IMG/VR virus record: IMGVR_UViG_3300010357_000589
Span: 1 to 24,000 of that record
DNA length: 24,000 nt
Origin: a virus
Strand: one strand, 5' to 3'
The position numbers and the translations under genes are program-made. Positions within the stretch are counted from its first letter, which is position 1. Every line of letters begins with the position of its first letter. A model generated the notes under the pieces. The model made no database searches. It saw only the letters and a list, made by a program, of their open reading frames with translations, and was not told where the DNA came from. Positions 17,592 through 24,000 of the stretch are shown here, piece after piece.

Positions 17592-18386
17592 ATGAAAAAC
17601 AGATTAGAGTTATTAGACCAAATCAAATCAATCAAAAATCTAAAGATTGAACCTATTAAATGGAAAGGTCAAGAAACAGGAAAAAATATTGTCCATGATG
17701 ATGAAAGATTTTATTCAGTGGTTGGAGACCAATATGTGCCAATTCCTTATGGAGACCTTCTTGCAAAAGTTATGGAGTATCTTCCAGATGGCATACCAAC
17801 ATCAGCTGTTACTAATAAAGGAATGACTCGAACAATGATTTCAATTGAAATCCCAAACAAAGACTATGATGTCGGAGGAGACAAAATTAAGACTTATGTA
17901 AATCTTCTTAATTCATTGGATGGATCTGCTCCAATAGGTCTTCTTGTCTCACCTGTAAGGGTGGCGTGTCAAAATCAATTTGTTCTTTGTAAGAAAAGTG
18001 CATTTATTCATTTGAACTATAAACACATACAATCAAGAATCGAGATATTTAATAAAGATGTAAAGATTCTTGAAAAAGTCGATGAACTTGTCAAACATCA
18101 AGTAATCTTAGCACAGGCTCTAAACGGTCGAAAAATAACAACACAAAAAGGACTGGACATCATAAATGATCTCCATAAAGAATTAATTATTCCTAAGAAA
18201 ATTATGGAATCAGCAACATCGCTTTGGGAGTCTCCAATCAGAAAGAACGATGAAGAAAGAAGCTTGTGGAGACTTTTTAATTCAATAACAGATCCTCTCA
18301 ATCGGTTAATAGATGAAAAAGAAAATATCCTATACACAGAAAAAATCCAGAATATAGGACATGAATTTGCATCAATGCTAAACTAA
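17592..18386 (+). CDS. DUF932 family protein
   Basis: LLNSLDGS...VRVACQNQ...KH and SLWRLFNSIT motifs. Confidence 0.8.
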   Translation: MKNRLELLDQIKSIKNLKIEPIKWKGQETGKNIVHDDERFYSVVGDQYVPIPYGDLLAKVMEYLPDGIPTSAVTNKGMTRTMISIEIPNKDYDVGGDKIKTYVNLLNSLDGSAPIGLLVSPVRVACQNQFVLCKKSAFIHLNYKHIQSRIEIFNKDVKILEKVDELVKHQVILAQALNGRKITTQKGLDIINDLHKELIIPKKIMESATSLWESPIRKNDEERSLWRLFNSITDPLNRLIDEKENILYTEKIQNIGHEFASMLN

Positions 18387-18400
18387 ACAAAACATGTGGT

Positions 18401-18420
18401 GGGGGAGTAAAATCTCCCCC
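18401..18420. other. GC-rich intergenic hairpin upstream of the replication initiator
   Basis: GGGGGAG-TAAAAT-CTCCCCC, extendable by GTGG/CCAC; no clean U-tract on either strand. Confidence 0.45.
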
Positions 18421-18455
18421 TTCCACTTCCACAAACTAATCATAATGGAGATAAT

Positions 18456-19370
18456 ATGGAAGAAAAAGATAAACAGTTTTATTGGCTTAGGCTAAAAAAG
18501 GATTTTTTCAAAAAACATGACATAAAAATTATTGAAGGAATGCCAAATGGGAAAGATTATATTTTATTTTATCTTAAACTTTTATGCGAATCAGTAGATC
18601 ATGAAGGTAATTTAAGATTTAATGAAGAGATACCATACAATGAAGAGATGATATCAATAATAACTAATACTAATATTGATATTGTAAGAAGTGCCATAAA
18701 AATACTAACATCTCTAAAGATGATGGATATTCTTGATGATGGCACTTATTATATGAATAAAATTGAAAAAATGATTGGACATGAGACATATTGGGCAGAA
18801 AGAAAAAGGAAGCAAAGATTGGACAATGTCCAACAATTGTCCAACTTGTCCAAGCAAGAGTTAGAGATAGAGTTAGAGATAGATAAAGATAAAGAGTTAA
18901 ATAATAAGATAAAGCGTTTTGTAAAACCAGATATTAAAGATGTTATTGATTATTGTAATGAACGAAATAATTGTGTAGATCCTCAAAAATGGTTCAACTT
19001 CTATGAATCTAAAGGTTGGATGATAGGCAAGAATAAGATGAAAGATTGGAAGGCGGCTGTTAGGACATGGGAAAAGGGAATAATTAAAAAACCAACAAAT
19101 TCAGAAGCTATTGAATATTTTTATAAGAAATATGAAGAAAAAACAGGATCTAAATATGTTTTAGGAGAAAAAGATGTTGATTCTATTAATGAAATTCTAA
19201 GTTTTTTAACACTAGAACAATTCAAATATAAAGTAAATGCTTTTTTTTCAATAGAAAGTGAGTTCGTAAGAAAAGCTGGATGGACTATTGGAGTCTTTAA
19301 ATCACAAATTAATAAGATAAAAGGAGACAAATATGAAGAAGGCATCGAAAGATTCATCAAGAATGATTGA
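18456..19370 (+). CDS. Replication initiator, phage replisome-organizer N-terminal family
   Basis: N-term FYWLRLKKDFF...ILFYLKLLCES; central FVKPDIKDVIDYC...FYESKGW...MKDWKAAVRTWE module; internal DNA repeats. Confidence 0.85.
   Translation: MEEKDKQFYWLRLKKDFFKKHDIKIIEGMPNGKDYILFYLKLLCESVDHEGNLRFNEEIPYNEEMISIITNTNIDIVRSAIKILTSLKMMDILDDGTYYMNKIEKMIGHETYWAERKRKQRLDNVQQLSNLSKQELEIELEIDKDKELNNKIKRFVKPDIKDVIDYCNERNNCVDPQKWFNFYESKGWMIGKNKMKDWKAAVRTWEKGIIKKPTNSEAIEYFYKKYEEKTGSKYVLGEKDVDSINEILSFLTLEQFKYKVNAFFSIESEFVRKAGWTIGVFKSQINKIKGDKYEEGIERFIKND
18819..18897. repeat. Iteron-like repeats, probable replication origin inside the initiator gene
   Basis: Palindrome TTGGACA-A-TGTCCAA (18819-33); TGTCCAA x3 (18827, 18838, 18847); GAGTTAGAGATA x2 (18858, 18870); GATAAA x2. 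Confidence 0.6.
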
Positions 19371-19860
19371 AATAATAAAACTTCCAATAGAAAAAAGGAA
19401 ACTAATGGTTGCTATATGGACAGCAGAAATGATTGATCAATATAAACCATTAAAATTTCCTAAAATGCCAAAACAGATGATTGATTATTATAATGCAGAC
19501 AGAATAAGAAGATCAAAAATATCAGATGAGTTTTGGAAACAACCAGAAATAAAAATGTATATAAAATTAAAAAATAAAGTTTATGTTCATAACATGTCTT
19601 GCTTGCATCATTTAAATGATTGTTTATCAATATTAAACGATGAGAACCACATTGATTTAAATGTAATTAAAGACGCTCTAAGTCTTTTTGATGAAACAAA
19701 AAATTATCATAATAATAGAATAAAAGAGATTTTAGAGGATGAAAATCAAATAGAGCCAGAATTTGTTAATAGCGAACCTGAACCAATATCAGTCGATGAT
19801 ATAGAATGGGATGATGATGAACCAAAAAAAGAAAAAAGAAGAGCAGATTTGGAAGATTAA
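19333..19860 (+). CDS. Hypothetical protein with acidic C-terminal tail, downstream of the initiator
   Basis: 175 aa; RBS AAGGAG (19321-26) supports ATG 19333. Confidence 0.7.
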   Translation: MKKASKDSSRMIEIIKLPIEKRKLMVAIWTAEMIDQYKPLKFPKMPKQMIDYYNADRIRRSKISDEFWKQPEIKMYIKLKNKVYVHNMSCLHHLNDCLSILNDENHIDLNVIKDALSLFDETKNYHNNRIKEILEDENQIEPEFVNSEPEPISVDDIEWDDDEPKKEKRRADLED

Positions 19861-19951
19861 TCCGATTTTAATATTTGGAAAGGAGGGATGGGATGAATTA
19901 AAAAAAGTCTTAAAAATGTTTAATGGCAAAGTGACAAAGATATACAATTAA
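19817..19951 (+). CDS. Possible small protein (44 aa, MNQKKKKEEQIWKINPILIFGKEGWDELKKVLKMFNGKVTKIYN)
   Basis: Not in ORF track; fills the gap before the 19955 promoter; overlaps upstream gene, no clear RBS. Confidence 0.35.
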   Translation: MNQKKKKEEQIWKINPILIFGKEGWDELKKVLKMFNGKVTKIYN

Positions 19952-19954
19952 AGC

Positions 19955-19983
19955 TTGATTTTTAAATTGCATTATGTTATAAT
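19955..19983 (+). promoter_or_regulatory. Sigma70-type promoter with extended -10 for the recombination module
   Basis: TTGATT (19955-60), 17-nt spacer, TATAAT (19978-83), preceded by TGn. Confidence 0.75.
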
Positions 19984-20009
19984 TCCAAAAAATGACGACG
20001 GAGGAAAAA

Positions 20010-20141
20010 ATGAATAATAAAAATAACGACGACGATTTAACTCCTAACGAAGAAATTATGGAAAGTGCATTAATAGTTTTCTCTTGTATTTGTATCTGCA
20101 TTTTAATTTTAATCGGTTCACTAATAATAGGGAGGGTGTAA
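20010..20141 (+). CDS. Small single-pass membrane protein (43 aa)
   Basis: Not in ORF track; RBS GGAGG at 20000-04; MNNKNNDDDLTPNEEIMESALIVFSCICICILILIGSLIIGRV. Confidence 0.6.
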   Translation: MNNKNNDDDLTPNEEIMESALIVFSCICICILILIGSLIIGRV

Positions 20142-20142
20142 A

Positions 20143-20844
20143 ATGGAAAAAAACATTACTGTAAAAGAAGAAACATCTCCATCAGAGATGATAAAGACCG
20201 CAGTATCAAATGGTGCTGATTTAGAGAAGATTGAGAAGCTGTTAATATTACAAGAACGATGGGAAGCAAATGAAGCGAAGAAAGCTTACCATAGAGCTAT
20301 GGCTGATTTTAAAGTAAATCCACCTAAAATAAACAAAGATAAAAAGGTGTCGTTTCACACTGAAAAAGGAACAACATCTTATAATCACGCAACTCTTGCG
20401 AATGTCACTCAAAAAATTAATTCAGAATTAAGTAAATATGGTCTTTCAGCTTCTTGGAAAACAAACCAATCAAACGAATCAATAACTGTAACTTGTAAGA
20501 TAACACATGTCTTGGGTCACAGTGAAGAAACATCTTTGACGGCTGGAAGAGATAAATCTGGGTCAAAAAATGACATACAAGCACTAGGAAGCACAATTAC
20601 ATATCTTGAGAGATATACTCTTCTCGCAATGGTCGGTCTTGCAACATACGATCAAGATGATGATGGAGCCATGACATCTAAAAAACCAGCGGTTAAAGCA
20701 ACAGAATCAAAATCTGAGAACGATTTAAGTAAATATAAAGAATGTGAATGTGGAGCTGTTGTGATTGATAAAGTCGCAGATTTTAGCGAGAAAAAATATG
20801 GTAAAATACTTTGTTATTCATGCCAAAAGAAGGTGAAAAAATGA
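20143..20844 (+). CDS. erf: ERF-family single-strand annealing protein with C-terminal Zn finger
   Basis: YNHATL...GLS, GSTITYLERYTLLAMVGLA..DDDG signature; C-terminal CECG...CYSCQ. Confidence 0.88.
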   Translation: MEKNITVKEETSPSEMIKTAVSNGADLEKIEKLLILQERWEANEAKKAYHRAMADFKVNPPKINKDKKVSFHTEKGTTSYNHATLANVTQKINSELSKYGLSASWKTNQSNESITVTCKITHVLGHSEETSLTAGRDKSGSKNDIQALGSTITYLERYTLLAMVGLATYDQDDDGAMTSKKPAVKATESKSENDLSKYKECECGAVVIDKVADFSEKKYGKILCYSCQKKVKK

Positions 20845-21449
20845 GCGAATTAATATTTGACGAAATAAATCATCAATATTTTATAAAAAATGGGGATGAT
20901 TTAAAAATTGTTCCTTCAGTAACTCAAATATTAGATCATTTCAAAATGATGGATTTTTCAAATGTAAATGAAGAAATCCTAAAAAATGCGTCTGATTTTG
21001 GGAAACAAGTCCATAAAGCATGTCAATTAGACGATTTAAATGATCTTAAAAATGTTGATGAAAGAATAGAGCCTTATTTAAATCAATATCGATTATTTAA
21101 AGAAGCAGTATGCCCAAAATGGGAGATCATAGAACAGAATTTATATTTCAAATCATATAATATCTGTGGAACTCCAGACAGGGCAGGGATTATTAAAAAT
21201 AAATTTTGCGTCTTAGATATAAAAACAGGAGTTAAAAAGCCTGCAGACGCATTACAGTTAGCTGGATATAAATGTTTAATTGAGGAAAATTATAAGAATC
21301 ATATAAAAGATAATGCTCAAAGATATACATTGCATCTATTTCCTAATAAATTTGAATTAGTTAAACATGAAAATATATCAGACAAAAGAATATTTTTATA
21401 TCTTGCAGATGTTTATGATTGGAAAGTAAGAAATAAACTAATAAAATAA
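20841..21449 (+). CDS. PD-(D/E)XK exonuclease-like protein
   Basis: Start reassigned to MSELIFDE (ATGA overlap). Motifs PSVTQIL, GKQVH, GTPD, LDIKTG, LQLAGY. Confidence 0.85.
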   Translation: MSELIFDEINHQYFIKNGDDLKIVPSVTQILDHFKMMDFSNVNEEILKNASDFGKQVHKACQLDDLNDLKNVDERIEPYLNQYRLFKEAVCPKWEIIEQNLYFKSYNICGTPDRAGIIKNKFCVLDIKTGVKKPADALQLAGYKCLIEENYKNHIKDNAQRYTLHLFPNKFELVKHENISDKRIFLYLADVYDWKVRNKLIK

Positions 21450-21481
21450 TTTTATACAATGTTTAAAAAGGAGACAAAAAA

Positions 21482-22165
21482 ATGGCGACGAAAAATGAAA
21501 TAGTAAAATTAGAAAAAGAAACAAATGAAGTGCTGGATAAAGCTAAAAGCCTTGTTATTAAAACACAGGATCAATACCTTTTTTGTGCAGAGTTCTTAAA
21601 AAGGGTAAAACAAATAAAAAAACAAATTGATGAAGCTTATGATGAGGGAATAGAGAATGCTCATAAAACTTGGAAAGGATTATTATCAAAGAAAAAAGAA
21701 TATTATGATCCGCTTGAACAGGCTGAAAAGATAATAAAACAAAAATCGATTGATTATATTATAGAGCAAGAGGCAATTCAGAAAGAACTCCAAAGGAAAG
21801 CAGAAGAAGAAGCTCGAAAAGCTGAAGAAAAAAGAAAATCAGATCTTGAGGCTCAAGCAAAAAAATGGGAAGAAAAAGGGAACATTGAAAAAGCCAAAGA
21901 GAAAAGGCAAATGATGGAAGATGTTTTTGTTCCAATAAAGAATGTTGATACGATTGAAATTTCTAAAGACCAGATAAAACGAAGTTTATGGAAAGCCAGA
22001 ATAAAAGAATTAGATTTAATCCCAAGAAAATATTTAATTGAAAATAAAAAACAGCATGATGAATTGATGTCTGTTCTTAATAGAATAGCATCATCCACAA
22101 AAGGATTAATCGAGATCCCTGGCGTTGAATTTTATGAAGAAAAAATACTAGCTGTTAAAATCTAA
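21482..22165 (+). CDS. Coiled-coil recombination-module protein (Gam/Gp157-like, tentative)
   Basis: Long coiled coil, then W....IP.KYL...IPGVEFYEE; location after ERF and nuclease. Confidence 0.5.
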   Translation: MATKNEIVKLEKETNEVLDKAKSLVIKTQDQYLFCAEFLKRVKQIKKQIDEAYDEGIENAHKTWKGLLSKKKEYYDPLEQAEKIIKQKSIDYIIEQEAIQKELQRKAEEEARKAEEKRKSDLEAQAKKWEEKGNIEKAKEKRQMMEDVFVPIKNVDTIEISKDQIKRSLWKARIKELDLIPRKYLIENKKQHDELMSVLNRIASSTKGLIEIPGVEFYEEKILAVKI

Positions 22166-22191
22166 TTATAAAGATTAAGTAATTTATATTA

Positions 22192-22332
22192 GTCGGGGTG
22201 CCTCTATAGTCGCCAAGCGTCTATAAGCACACTTCTCGGCAGTCGGCGTGGGACAAATCGTAAACATCTATTGATACTGTCATGACGGGTAGATAGAAAA
22301 GAACGGACAAAGACCACGCCTAAAAAGGAGGC
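22192..22332 (+). ncRNA. Candidate structured RNA element (two long imperfect hairpins), family unknown
   Basis: Hairpin A 22192-22240 and hairpin B 22245-22320; several G-U pairs favour the plus strand; no ORF with a plausible start. Confidence 0.4.
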
Positions 22333-22403
22333 TGTTAAAGATAAATATAATTGTAATATGTCTACAGGTAAAATTCAGGGGTATGGAGAAGTGATTATAT
22401 AAA

Positions 22404-22469
22404 TAAAAAAGCCCTGGGTTTCCTCAGGGCTCCGATCGCTTAGGCGATCCACCTCCAATTGCTTGGATT
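22404..22469 (-). ncRNA. Candidate ~65-nt antisense small RNA: three hairpins ending in an intrinsic terminator
   Basis: UCCAA-GCAA-UUGGA, GAUCGC-CUAA-GCGAUC, AGCCCUGAG-GAAA-CCCAGGGCU then U-tract; two GNRA loops only on the minus strand; promoter at the expected distance. Confidence 0.65.
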
Positions 22470-22475
22470 AATTAA

Positions 22476-22504
22476 AGTATAAAAGGTGTTTTAAAGAAAA
22501 TCAA
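22476..22504 (-). promoter_or_regulatory. Sigma70-type promoter for the candidate sRNA
   Basis: TTGATT (22504-22499), 17-nt spacer, TATACT (22481-76); shares GCTTGATTTT with the 19955 promoter. Confidence 0.65.
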
Positions 22505-22563
22505 GCGGTATTTTGTAAAAGGTCGTTAGAATAAAAAGTTTTCAGAATACGTGTTGTTAATTG

Positions 22564-22613
22564 TCAGATTATCGTCAGATGAAATTGAATAATCATCAGA
22601 TTTGACATATGAT
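22564..22613 (+). promoter_or_regulatory. Sigma70-type promoter with three TCAGAT direct repeats
   Basis: TTGAAT (22585-90), 17-nt spacer, TATGAT (22608-13); TCAGAT at 22564, 22575 and 22596. Confidence 0.55.
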
Positions 22614-22671
22614 GGAAAGACAAAAAATAAGTGTTTAGGCGTTTGAATTTTAATGATTAAAGGAGTGATGA

Positions 22672-22758
22672 ATGGCACAAAATAATGAACTAGAAAAAAC
22701 TTTATGGGCGGCGGCTGACAAGCTCCGCAATAATATGGAGGTTATATGTTTGCTATAG
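22672..22758 (+). pseudogene. hsdM: 28-codon ORF matching the N-terminus of type I R-M methyltransferase HsdM
   Basis: MAQNNELEKTLWAAADKLRNNM-EVICLL*; LWAAADKLRNNM is the HsdM N-terminal signature, normally continuing DAAEYK. RBS AGGAG 6 nt upstream. Confidence 0.75.
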
Positions 22759-22907
22759 TTGGTCATTGTCCTAAATGTGGATGTCCTATTTATTCGTGTG
22801 TTCAATGGCATGGCGTATGTCCGCCACCATCTCACTATTCGTGTCAGTGTCATCAAAACGAAACAGGTGGAATAAATGAAAGGGTAATAAATGACAAAAC
22901 CATATAA
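22746..22907 (+). CDS. Small Cys/His-rich putative metal-binding protein (53 aa)
   Basis: Not in ORF track; RBS GGAGG at 22737-41; MFAIVGHCPKCGCPIYSCVQWHGVCPPPSHYSCQCH... Confidence 0.65.
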   Translation: MFAIVGHCPKCGCPIYSCVQWHGVCPPPSHYSCQCHQNETGGINERVINDKTI

Positions 22908-23328
22908 AGAATTTTTAAAAGACGTGTACCAAAATCTGCTCAAACATAAAAATAATTTTGAGGAGATGGTCGAACGTGCTGAAGAATATGCTAAACAAGA
23001 GGAGGAGGAGCTTAAGGCAAAACTACCTACTGAAGAAGAAATAAAAAAATTATTTGATAAGTTTCAATTAATGGTTAATGGAAAGTGTATAGGAATACCG
23101 ACTTGGAATTATGATGATTTAGCTAAATCAATTCGTTTGTTAATTATAGAAAAGGAGAATAGAATGGAACAAGAGCATTGGAGAATAATTACAGCAGAAA
23201 CAAGTTGTCATTTTAGAATTAAAGCAGATGAGAAACTAAGCAGTGAAATTTATTTCTGTGGAAAGAAAACAGACCCAGAAGATAATCCTTATTGCTCATA
23301 TACCAACTGCCCAATAAAGGAGATTTAA
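22891..23328 (+). CDS. Hypothetical protein, possibly with a second internal start at 23164
   Basis: 145 aa; C-terminal part has three Cys plus one in SCH; internal AAGGAG RBS before in-frame M92. Confidence 0.6.
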   Translation: MTKPYKEFLKDVYQNLLKHKNNFEEMVERAEEYAKQEEEELKAKLPTEEEIKKLFDKFQLMVNGKCIGIPTWNYDDLAKSIRLLIIEKENRMEQEHWRIITAETSCHFRIKADEKLSSEIYFCGKKTDPEDNPYCSYTNCPIKEI

Positions 23329-23387
23329 TGGAGGTTTTAACTGCTTCAAATAATCAAACAAAACCGTATAAAATCGGTTAAATTAAC

Positions 23388-23416
23388 TTGACTTTTAGGG
23401 CAAAAAACGGTAAAAT
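23388..23416 (+). promoter_or_regulatory. Sigma70-type promoter
   Basis: TTGACT (23388-93), 17-nt spacer, TAAAAT (23411-16). Confidence 0.7.
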
Positions 23417-23422
23417 AGGAGC

Positions 23423-23632
23423 ATGGAAATGAAGATAACGAAAGTAACAAAAACATACTTTGAAACCGAAGGCGAGCGTGTTTATTTCTTTGAACCGCTT
23501 GATGAGGAGATGACTGTTTCTGAGTTGCAAGAACTGATGAATGAGAATGAGAAGTTTCTTTTGGGTGAGATTCAGAAGATGAAGAAAGAGCAAATCACGG
23601 AGCCCTCCGTGATTGACAAGAAAGGAGAATAA
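23423..23632 (+). CDS. Small acidic hypothetical protein with its own promoter
   Basis: 69 aa; starts at 23423 or 23429. Confidence 0.7.
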   Translation: MEMKITKVTKTYFETEGERVYFFEPLDEEMTVSELQELMNENEKFLLGEIQKMKKEQITEPSVIDKKGE

Positions 23633-23633
23633 T

Positions 23634-23846
23634 ATGAAAGAAAATGGCGGTCCAGCATTTCCTCAAAATGATGCTTGTGTCAATCGAATAAATAATCTTG
23701 ATGGAATGAGTTTAAGAGATTATTTTGCAGCTCAAGCATTAGTCGCATTGATAGGAATAAATGATGAAGATGCAAGAAATACAGCTATTACTTCACACGC
23801 AGCCTATTGCTATGCTGACGAAATGTTAAAAAGGAGAATCGAATAA
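23634..23846 (+). CDS. Conserved small phage protein (GGPAFP...GMSLRDYFAA motif), function unknown
   Basis: Start reassigned to MKENGGPAFP (RBS AAGGAG); motif is widespread in phage early regions. Confidence 0.8.
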   Translation: MKENGGPAFPQNDACVNRINNLDGMSLRDYFAAQALVALIGINDEDARNTAITSHAAYCYADEMLKRRIE

Positions 23847-23880
23847 GGAAAGGTGGAGAAATTAAAAGGGGAGGTGGAAA

Positions 23881-24000
23881 ATGCGGATAAAGTATGACAA
23901 TATCAAACCGAACGAAAACATTATATGGATAGAGCCAGAAGTTACCAATGTTGAAGGAGATAATGTTTTTTCTATTCAATGCAAGGTTAAAGATAGGTAT
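23881..24000 (+). CDS. Hypothetical protein truncated by right edge (MRIKYDNIKPNENIIWIEPEV...)
   Basis: RBS GGAGGT at 23870-75, 40 open codons to the edge. Confidence 0.55.
   Translation, partial: MRIKYDNIKPNENIIWIEPEVTNVEGDNVFSIQCKVKDRY

Noticed and set aside
22245-22320. Resemblance of GGGACAAA...GACAAAG to the c-di-GMP-I riboswitch
   Set aside because: Lacks the GNRA-capped stem and GACGCAAAGC-type core in the right arrangement; kept only as an unknown structure.
22358-22402. 14-codon ORF MSTGKIQGYGEVII
   Set aside because: Nearest SD (AAGGAGG, 22325-31) is about 26 nt upstream, too far; no other support.
22602-22630. Perfect TTGACA at 22602 as a -35
   Set aside because: No acceptable -10 at a 17-nt spacer (AAATAA); the overlapping TTGAAT/TATGAT pair fits better.
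23328-23381. 17-codon ORF MEVLTASNNQTKPYKIG (TAATG overlap)
   Set aside because: Too short to support; may be a remnant truncated by the downstream insert.
16800-23979. Minus-strand ORFs in the early arm (16800-17171, 18098-18337, 19121-19387, 19910-20101, 21853-22098, 22650-22943, 23378-23593, 23788-23979)
   Set aside because: Antisense to better-supported plus-strand genes with clear RBSs.
1-24000. Stop-codon reassignment, tRNA genes, integrase/att sites, introns or inteins
   Set aside because: Genes are full-length and tightly packed under the standard code; I saw no cloverleaf, recombinase motif or interruption of TerL, portal or capsid.

Overview
AT-rich segment of a tailed dsDNA phage (Caudoviricetes-type; free virus or prophage cannot be decided, as no integrase, repressor, att site or host gene is visible). 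Two arms diverge from a ~300-bp control region (16299-16597). Minus arm (late): ParB-domain DNA methyltransferase, putative TerS, TerL, podovirus/P22-like portal, scaffold-like coiled coil, capsid cement protein and Mu gpT-like major capsid protein. These are followed by an unusual block: an intact O-antigen-ligase (Wzy_C/WaaL/O-OTase) family membrane enzyme flanked by five virion/fibre-like proteins that all begin with classical Sec signal peptides. Plus arm (early): small hypotheticals, a Rho_N-like protein, DUF932 protein, replisome-organizer initiator with internal origin-like repeats, ERF recombinase, PD-(D/E)XK nuclease and a coiled-coil protein. Next comes a ~500-bp non-coding stretch with a structured plus-strand element, a ~65-nt antisense sRNA with its own promoter and terminator, and a 28-codon ORF matching the N-terminus of type I R-M HsdM. 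All calls come from motif recognition by eye; no database search or folding program was run.
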